Virus record (IMG/VR): IMGVR_UViG_3300038335_000140
Span: 1 to 43,738 of that record
Reading direction: 5' to 3' (one strand)
Origin: a virus
Taxonomy: Duplodnaviria; Caudoviricetes
Length of the DNA stretch: 43,738 bases
Under the pieces are notes generated by a model that was given only the letters and a program-made list of their open reading frames with translations, ran no database searches and was not told where the DNA came from. This document shows positions 37,794 through 43,738 of this stretch, piece by piece. Positions within the stretch are counted from its first letter, which is position 1; the number at the start of each line of letters is the position of its first letter. The translations under genes were made by a program, and so were the position numbers.

Positions 37794-37849
37794 CCCGATG
37801 AAGTTCCGACACAGTCCCTACTGCTTTCCGACAACCGACATGCTACACT
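37773..37849 (+). promoter_or_regulatory. 11-bp-phased CCGAC array upstream of an extended -10
   Basis: CCGAC/CCGAT/CCTAC at 37773, 37784, 37795, 37806, 37817, 37828; TGCTACACT at 37841-37849. Confidence 0.7.
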
Positions 37850-37961
37850 GACTATGCTGGCGAATTACGGCATTTAAAAAGTAAATAATGAACGAATAAG
37901 ATCCATAGAACCGGGCGGTGTGGGTCTTTTTTTAATGTCTTTTTCGCTTATTACGGCAGAG

Positions 37962-37999
37962 AGCCGGGACTAACAGAAATGTTAGTCCCGGCTTTTTTT
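37962..37999 (+). terminator. Strong terminator-like hairpin in the leader of the sigma-like gene
   Basis: Perfect 14-bp stem AGCCGGGACTAACA-GAAA-TGTTAGTCCCGGCT plus T-run. Confidence 0.75.
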
Positions 38000-38021
38000 C
38001 TGCCCGTTTTCAGGAGGTCAG

Positions 38022-38078
38022 ATGAAAAAGTCATTAAGAAAGTCACACCACAGATGCCGTTCACCTCCCTTTTTCTGA
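38022..38078 (+). CDS. Putative leader peptide MKKSLRKSHHRCRSPPFF
   Basis: SD AGGAGGT (short spacing); 3' codons overlap an SD-sequestering hairpin. Confidence 0.5.
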   Translation: MKKSLRKSHHRCRSPPFF

Positions 38079-38122
38079 TGTTGCCCATAACCATAACACA
38101 TCAGAAAAAGGAGAGAAGCCTT

Positions 38123-38572
38123 ATGGCAAATGAAAGAAGAATACCCAATTACCGAAAAATGTATCCAACTGCAACGGATGAAATGATTGCAGTTTTAAGA
38201 AAAGGTGAGCGCAAGCTCCAGTACCAATCCTATGATCTGAAAGCTGAAAAATTCCTGATGGACGAAGAAAAGCAGCAGGCCATATTTATTCCAAGCAGAG
38301 AGGATTCGCTGGAACGGTTGATGGAAGCAGAGGTCCAATTTGTAGATCAAGACACCAACGTAGAGGACGATGCAATCCAAAAAATGATGATCCAGAAGTT
38401 GAGATACTCACTAGAGCTTTTGACAGCAGAGGAATATGAGCTGATCCTGGCGCTGTTCTTCGAAGGTCAAACAGAGCGTGAATACGCTCATAACAAAGGT
38501 GTTTACCATAACGCCATTCATAAAAAGAAGCTGCGTATTTTGGAGAAACTAAAAAACTTTTTAGAAAAATAG
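38123..38572 (+). CDS. Sigma-70 region-4-like factor (Tn916 Orf7-like)
   Basis: REDSLERL, LTAEEYELILALFFEGQTEREYA..AIHKKKLRILEKLK; start moved to ATG 38123. Confidence 0.8.
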   Translation: MANERRIPNYRKMYPTATDEMIAVLRKGERKLQYQSYDLKAEKFLMDEEKQQAIFIPSREDSLERLMEAEVQFVDQDTNVEDDAIQKMMIQKLRYSLELLTAEEYELILALFFEGQTEREYAHNKGVYHNAIHKKKLRILEKLKNFLEK

Positions 38573-38611
38573 AACTTCAGGGTGTGCAAGCTGCTTTCCC
38601 AACGTGGAAGT

Positions 38612-39110
38612 AAGTGAGGGGATATATCATCCTCTCACTTGAACTTTGAAAACTTCATATCCGATTTCATAAATACGTTAGCTGATGAGCCTGAAAAGGA
38701 CAAGCGACACGGATAGATGCGCGACGACCACCTGTAAGGTTAGAACAGATCCATGCAAATGGATTTTTTCTCTTGGGAGTTTTTTTCTCTGACCCTATCA
38801 ATGCGGCCAACAGTAAGGTGCGAGCGGGTCCGTCTGATCCTAAAGCAGATTAAGCAGGAGCTTAGGTTCCTGACAGTTCACTGTTTCGCCAAAACCTCAT
38901 CAGCCTATAATGATACTTCTGCCCAGCCACAGACATCGCAATGGGGGCAGCCTGCGGAGATCCCGGGGGAGGTGAGAATCCTATGACGAGGTTAACTGGC
39001 CTCGGTTTATGAAAACGCCCGGCTCGTAGATTACGAGCTTACACTGGGGAAGTTGTGTCAAATACAGTGTGATGAGAATAAAAACTGACTTAATGTCAGA
39101 ATCCATGGGG
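38612..39110 (+). ncRNA. Candidate structured non-coding RNA / long leader
   Basis: No credible ORF; many hairpins and a 9-bp long-range helix; boundaries approximate. Confidence 0.4.
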
Positions 39111-39222
39111 ATTACAGAGCATTTACTTGCTTTCTTCTGGTGTTCGCGAAAGCGGGTGCCTGAAGGACTGTAGTCCCCATTATTGTGATATTAAGAAAAA
39201 TCGGCAGATTGGAGGCTATAAG

Positions 39223-39435
39223 ATGATCAACGATGTTATGAAAATAGGCGAAGAAGAAGCCAAGCTTCACGGCATGACCAAGGAGCAATCCCAGAGTGAA
39301 GTGCAATATAAAATGTCTCAGAAGATGCTGGCTATTTTACATAGAATGGGCATTGTCAGCGAAGAAGAGCGGGAAAAAATCGATGTATTGAACCGTGAAT
39401 CCTTCTCGCCCCAACTTGCCAAGGTATATGTGTAA
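39223..39435 (+). CDS. Small SHOCT-like protein preceding the recombinases
   Basis: SD GGAGG; LHRMGIVSEEEREKIDVLNRESFSP. Confidence 0.75.
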   Translation: MINDVMKIGEEEAKLHGMTKEQSQSEVQYKMSQKMLAILHRMGIVSEEEREKIDVLNRESFSPQLAKVYV

Positions 39436-39515
39436 AAACACTTGCTTTGTACCAAGCTTTGGAGTATCGTGTGTTGCTAAGAAAGGGATTGATCCCAGAA
39501 AGAAGGAAACAGAAA

Positions 39516-41159
39516 ATGGCAAAGAAAGTGATTAAAATTGAGCCAGTCAGACAGCAGGTCATTCAGGAACTCAGACCGAAGAAACGGGCCTGCGCCTACT
39601 GTAGAGTCAGTACCGACTCAACTAAGCAACACACATCCTATGTCGCTCAGCTGGAATATTATGAAAAGTATATCTGCAAGCAGGCGGACTGGGACTTCGC
39701 CGGTATTTTTGCCGATGAAGCAAAAAGCGGTACCGAAGTTAAGAGCCGTGATGAATTTCAACGGATGATACGAGAGTGTGAAAACGGCAATATCGACATT
39801 ATCGTTACCAAATCGGTCACCCGGTTTGCCAGAAATACCGTGGACAGCATCGAAGCCATTCGCAAACTGAAGGCACTTGGTGTCACGGTCTACTTCGAAA
39901 AAGAGAACCTGAACACCATGTCTGAGCAAAGTGAGCAGATGCTGACGATTTTAAGCTCACTGGCACAGGGCGAATCGGAAAGTATATCCACCAATAGCAG
40001 ATGGAGCATACAAAAGCGATTCAGAGACGGCAGTTATAAAATCTGCTGCGTAGCTTATGGCTATACGAAAGACGAAGATGGTGAACTGATCATCCAAGAG
40101 GAAGAAGCAACCATTGTCCGAAGGATATTCAGAGATTATTTAAACGGCAAAGGGGCCTATGTCATCGCCAGAAACTTGACAGATGAAAACATTCCGACTC
40201 CACGACTAGCTGAAAGCTGGAATGATCATGTTCTGATGGAAATGCTCCAAAATCCCATATATGTAGGAGATCTGATTTTGCAGAAAACCTATACGACTGA
40301 GGTACTCCCCTTTACGAAAAAACGTAATCGTGGTGAGAAACCTCAGTTTTTTATTAAGGACAATCATGAACCAATTATCACCAGAGAAGAAGGTAAAATG
40401 GTTCGGGAGATCCTGGATTATCGGAGAGAGCAAAGATCCATGCAGGATGGAGAGAAATATCAGAACCGGTATGAACTTAGCAGTAAAATCATCTGTGGAG
40501 AATGCGGTGGAACTTTCAAACGGCAAAAGATTTACATCGGAAAGCCTTATGAGAAGATTCAGTGGAGTTGTAAAGTGCATATCAAAAACAGCAAAGCCTG
40601 CACCATGAAAGCGGTGCGAGATGATGTAATCAAAGAAGCCTATCTTGCGATGTGGAATAAATTGGTCAGCAACTACACCTACATTCTCAGTCTGATGCTG
40701 GATTCGCTGAAGAATCTGCGGACTGATGAAAATCAAGAGAAGGAAATTGAAACACTGAATCATCAAATTATGGAATTAACAGAGCAGAGTCATATTCTGA
40801 GCCGAGTGGTGCAAAAAGGATATATGGACTCTGCTCTTTTTATACAAAAACAGAATGCCTTAAATATCCAGATGGAAGAGCTGAAGAAACAGAGGAACAG
40901 TCTGCTGGATGCCAATGGCTTTGAAAAAGAGATTGAAGGAACACAGAGGTTACTGGAAATTATTAAATATAACCCGGATATCATGGACGAATATGATGAG
41001 AATCTTTTTACTCATATGGTAGATAAGGTCATTATCGATCATCAGGGAGTCATTACCTTCAAGCTGATCAACGAATTGGAACTGACTGAATACACTGGGG
41101 AAGATGCAAGAATTGGAGGTGATGGTCATGGGACAGCGACACATGCCACTGGGCTATAA
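39516..41159 (+). CDS. Large serine recombinase 1
   Basis: CAYCRVST, TKSVTRFARN, zinc ribbon CGECG; start moved to ATG 39516. Confidence 0.93.
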   Translation: MAKKVIKIEPVRQQVIQELRPKKRACAYCRVSTDSTKQHTSYVAQLEYYEKYICKQADWDFAGIFADEAKSGTEVKSRDEFQRMIRECENGNIDIIVTKSVTRFARNTVDSIEAIRKLKALGVTVYFEKENLNTMSEQSEQMLTILSSLAQGESESISTNSRWSIQKRFRDGSYKICCVAYGYTKDEDGELIIQEEEATIVRRIFRDYLNGKGAYVIARNLTDENIPTPRLAESWNDHVLMEMLQNPIYVGDLILQKTYTTEVLPFTKKRNRGEKPQFFIKDNHEPIITREEGKMVREILDYRREQRSMQDGEKYQNRYELSSKIICGECGGTFKRQKIYIGKPYEKIQWSCKVHIKNSKACTMKAVRDDVIKEAYLAMWNKLVSNYTYILSLMLDSLKNLRTDENQEKEIETLNHQIMELTEQSHILSRVVQKGYMDSALFIQKQNALNIQMEELKKQRNSLLDANGFEKEIEGTQRLLEIIKYNPDIMDEYDENLFTHMVDKVIIDHQGVITFKLINELELTEYTGEDARIGGDGHGTATHATGL

Positions 41160-42135
41160 GATGGTAAATGGAACGGTACAGATTCATGAGGAACATGCTG
41201 CTGTTGTTAAAAGGATTTTTACAGATTATATCGCAGGGAAATCCATGCAGACCATTGCCAAGGAATTAACCGATACAAGAATTTATAACGCCAATAAGAA
41301 ACCAAACTGGAGTCATACATCGGTAGGCAAAATTCTACAGAATAAGAAATATATAGGTGACACCTTTTATCCGCAGCTTGTCGAGAAACATATATTTGAA
41401 CAAGCTCAGGAGAGACGAAAAAAGACGGCAAAAAGGTTTAACCGAACTAAGTCAAAGGCTTCAAGATGTCATCAATCAGTATTTAAGGATATCATCCGGT
41501 GCGGCGATTGTAATGAAGTCTACCGCAAATATGTGGAGCATGCCGGTAAACCATCAGAAAAGATAAAATGGAAATGCAAACAGTACATCAAAGAAAACAA
41601 GGTGTACTGCAGAAATCACTTTTTTGAAGAAGGTGAGCTGGAACAGATTCTTATTCAGGCGACGAATCAGCTTCTAAAACAAAAAAGGCTTATCCAGAAG
41701 GTGACAAAGCATGAGCCGCCAAAGATAAGCTTGGAGCTACGGAATGTGGAAAAAAGAATCAAGGAATTGGAACAAGATGGAGATTATGCAAATCCAAAAC
41801 TGCCGGAGCTGATTATGAAACGTGCTCAATTGTTTTATGCCGGAGCGACTATCGATGACCATGCCCGGAACGCTGAGATTCTAAAAGAAGCACTGGCTGG
41901 TAAGAGTAAGTTGATGATATTTGATGAAACACTGTTTAGTGCCATCATTAAGCAAATAACGGTTTATAAAGGCAATAAGATCGATGTTGAATTTATCAAT
42001 GGCACGATTATAGAGATACCTATAGAAAAACCAACAGAAGAGATAAAAGAGACTCCAGAATCTCAAGGAAAGGATGGTAAACATGGCAGTAGCAAAAAAG
42101 ACGGTGGCGATCATACCACCACAAATGAAATATGA
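41128..42135 (+). CDS. Recombinase-family protein lacking the catalytic resolvase domain
   Basis: MPLGYK..ILQNKKYIG recombinase domain and CGDC..C..C ribbon; no YxRVS. Confidence 0.85.
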   Translation: MGQRHMPLGYKMVNGTVQIHEEHAAVVKRIFTDYIAGKSMQTIAKELTDTRIYNANKKPNWSHTSVGKILQNKKYIGDTFYPQLVEKHIFEQAQERRKKTAKRFNRTKSKASRCHQSVFKDIIRCGDCNEVYRKYVEHAGKPSEKIKWKCKQYIKENKVYCRNHFFEEGELEQILIQATNQLLKQKRLIQKVTKHEPPKISLELRNVEKRIKELEQDGDYANPKLPELIMKRAQLFYAGATIDDHARNAEILKEALAGKSKLMIFDETLFSAIIKQITVYKGNKIDVEFINGTIIEIPIEKPTEEIKETPESQGKDGKHGSSKKDGGDHTTTNEI

Positions 42136-43738
42136 CCGACATGTACGAGTGGAGCAGAAAAAGCTTAAAGTAGCCGCTTATTGCAGAGTTAGCACCTTGT
42201 TAGAACAGCAGGAAGGTAGCTATGAAGCCCAGGTCGATTATTATACCGAGAAGATCAATAGCAATCCAAATTGGAAATGCGCCGGTATCTTCGCAGATGA
42301 TGGTAAGAGCGCAACTCAAACAAAAAAGCGTGATGATTTCAATGCGCTTATTGATGCCTGTTTGGCCGGCAAAGTAGATCTGGTTCTGACAAAGTCGGTC
42401 AGCCGATTCGCACGAAATACCGTCGATGCCCTGCAATGCATCCGGAAATTGAAAGAGAAAAGCATTCCGGTCATCTTCGAAAAAGAAGGTGTCAACACCA
42501 TGGAAAGTGGTGGGGAGCTGCTGATTACCATTCTAAGCAGTCAAGCGCAGGAAGAAAGTCGGAACATCAGTGAGAACACCAGATGGGGCTTAACCAGACG
42601 GTTCGAGAACGGCATCATATCCGTCAATCATAAGAAATTCTTAGGCTATACCAAAGATGAAGAAGGCAATCTGGTCATCGTATCGGAAGAAGCAGTGATT
42701 GTAAAACGGATTTTCAGAGAATACTTGGAAGGCAGCAGTATCAGCCAGATTGTCAAAGGACTCGAAAATGACGGAATTAAAACCGTCACCGGACTGGATC
42801 ACTGGCATCCCGGTACCATCGATAAAATGCTGTCCAATGAGAAATTCTGCGGCGATGCCTGTATGCAGAAGACCTACACCATCGATTTTCTGACGAAGAA
42901 GAAGGTCAAAAATCAAGGGTATGCACCACAATATTATATCGAAGACAACCACGAGGCGATCATACCAAAAGAACTGTTTCATCAAGTACAGGTAGAAAAG
43001 GCCAGAAGAGCCAGTTTAAATAAAGCAGCTGTAACACGAAAAGCCAATAAAGCCAAAAAGGAAAAGAGCAAATATAGCTCAAAATATATACTAACAGAGC
43101 TGATGATATGTGGCGAATGCGGACATGCTTACAGAAGGCAGACTTGGTCCAAGTATGGACAGAAAACAGCTGTATGGCGATGTGAGGACCGGCTCAAGCA
43201 GGGAAATGCATCCAAATGCCATCATTCACCAACGCTAAAAGAAGAACAGCTTCATGATGCCATAATGAACGCCATCAATAAAGTGGTCGAAAATAACGGC
43301 GAATTTATCGGAACCTTTAGAGAAAACGTCATCCGGGTCATCGGCAACTACAGCACCAAAGATGTTACGACAGAATATGATGAGCAGATAGATAAGCTAC
43401 AAAAGCAGATGCTGGAGCTTATCGAGGATAATGCCAAACAAGGCGCTGTGAGTGAAGAGTTTGATGAAGCATATAGAGAACTAGCAGAGCAGATCAATGA
43501 GCTGAAGCAGGCAAAATTACAGCAGGTAAGGGCACAAAAAGAGGCGGAGAAGTACGCCGAAAGGGTTGAAGCGCTGGACAAGGCGATCAAGACCGTAAAG
43601 CCGGATGTGAGGGAATTCGATCAGGAGCTGGTAAAACGACTGATTTACAGCATCAAGGTGCAGAAAGGCCTGAAGATTATCATACAATTTCACTCGGGGA
43701 TTGTGATGACGGAAGATGTTGATTACTACGACGATTAA
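42083..43738 (+). CDS. Large serine recombinase 3
   Basis: AAYCRVST, TKSVSRFARN, CGECG, coiled coil. Confidence 0.93.
   Translation: MAVAKKTVAIIPPQMKYDRHVRVEQKKLKVAAYCRVSTLLEQQEGSYEAQVDYYTEKINSNPNWKCAGIFADDGKSATQTKKRDDFNALIDACLAGKVDLVLTKSVSRFARNTVDALQCIRKLKEKSIPVIFEKEGVNTMESGGELLITILSSQAQEESRNISENTRWGLTRRFENGIISVNHKKFLGYTKDEEGNLVIVSEEAVIVKRIFREYLEGSSISQIVKGLENDGIKTVTGLDHWHPGTIDKMLSNEKFCGDACMQKTYTIDFLTKKKVKNQGYAPQYYIEDNHEAIIPKELFHQVQVEKARRASLNKAAVTRKANKAKKEKSKYSSKYILTELMICGECGHAYRRQTWSKYGQKTAVWRCEDRLKQGNASKCHHSPTLKEEQLHDAIMNAINKVVENNGEFIGTFRENVIRVIGNYSTKDVTTEYDEQIDKLQKQMLELIEDNAKQGAVSEEFDEAYRELAEQINELKQAKLQQVRAQKEAEKYAERVEALDKAIKTVKPDVREFDQELVKRLIYSIKVQKGLKIIIQFHSGIVMTEDVDYYDD

Larger units (their letters stand above)
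1..43738. mobile_element. Integrative conjugative element (partial; both ends outside the window) carrying a defence island
   Basis: VirB4, VirD4, relaxase, NlpC/P60, ImmA/ImmR and a terminal triple serine-recombinase cluster co-occur. Confidence 0.93.

Noticed and set aside
37773-37839. CRISPR array
   Set aside because: Units are 5 bp with 6-bp spacers; no cas genes or 25-45-bp repeats found in the window
38682-38710. Hammerhead ribozyme suggested by CTGATGAG-CCT-GAAA-AGG
   Set aside because: The required GAAA after stem II is absent (AGGACAAGC), and CTGATGAG is better explained by pairing with 38896-38904
38753-38986. 77-aa ORF in the structured region
   Set aside because: No SD, atypical composition, coincides with RNA-like hairpins
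38640-39110. Group II intron remnant (AACTTCATAT, CCCGGGGGAGGT resemble IIC intron segments)
   Set aside because: No GTGCG 5' end in a fitting context, no recognisable domain V and no RT ORF
236-43590. Many 60-190-aa antisense or alternate-frame ORFs nested in long genes (e.g. 5450-5938, 23261-23779, 25273-25797, 40206-40766)
   Set aside because: Shadow ORFs of well-supported genes, without SDs or motifs
1-43738. att sites, tRNA/rRNA genes, antibiotic-resistance genes
   Set aside because: None recognised; the window starts at virB4 and ends at the last recombinase stop, so element ends lie outside

Overview
The window is the right-hand ~44 kb of an integrative conjugative element (ICE) of Firmicutes (Clostridia-like) type; neither att site is visible. 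1-14.3 kb is a conjugation/mobilisation backbone: VirB4, amidoligase, gamma-glutamylcyclotransferase, NlpC/P60 hydrolase, candidate oriT, HUH relaxase with Sel1 repeats, toprim protein and VirD4. 14.5-34.5 kb is a co-oriented anti-phage island: a degenerate MTase-TRD fusion, a Type I R-M system with two HsdM genes (the first fused to an ADP-ribosylglycohydrolase and carrying an internal start), an integrase-flanked duplicated hsdS cassette, YdbC, McrBC, a WYL regulator, two unknown genes, and a CBASS-like CD-NTase (frameshifted in an A-tract) plus 4TM effector. 34.5-39.2 kb is a layered regulatory region: ImmA/ImmR with face-to-face promoters and a LexA box, a two-gene cassette between 106-bp direct repeats, an activator-like gene with a helically phased CCGAC array, an RSPP leader peptide whose codons overlap a hairpin hiding the SD of a sigma-like gene, and a ~500-nt structured non-coding region. 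39.2-43.7 kb is a triple serine-recombinase module. All family calls come from motif recognition by eye; no database searches were run.
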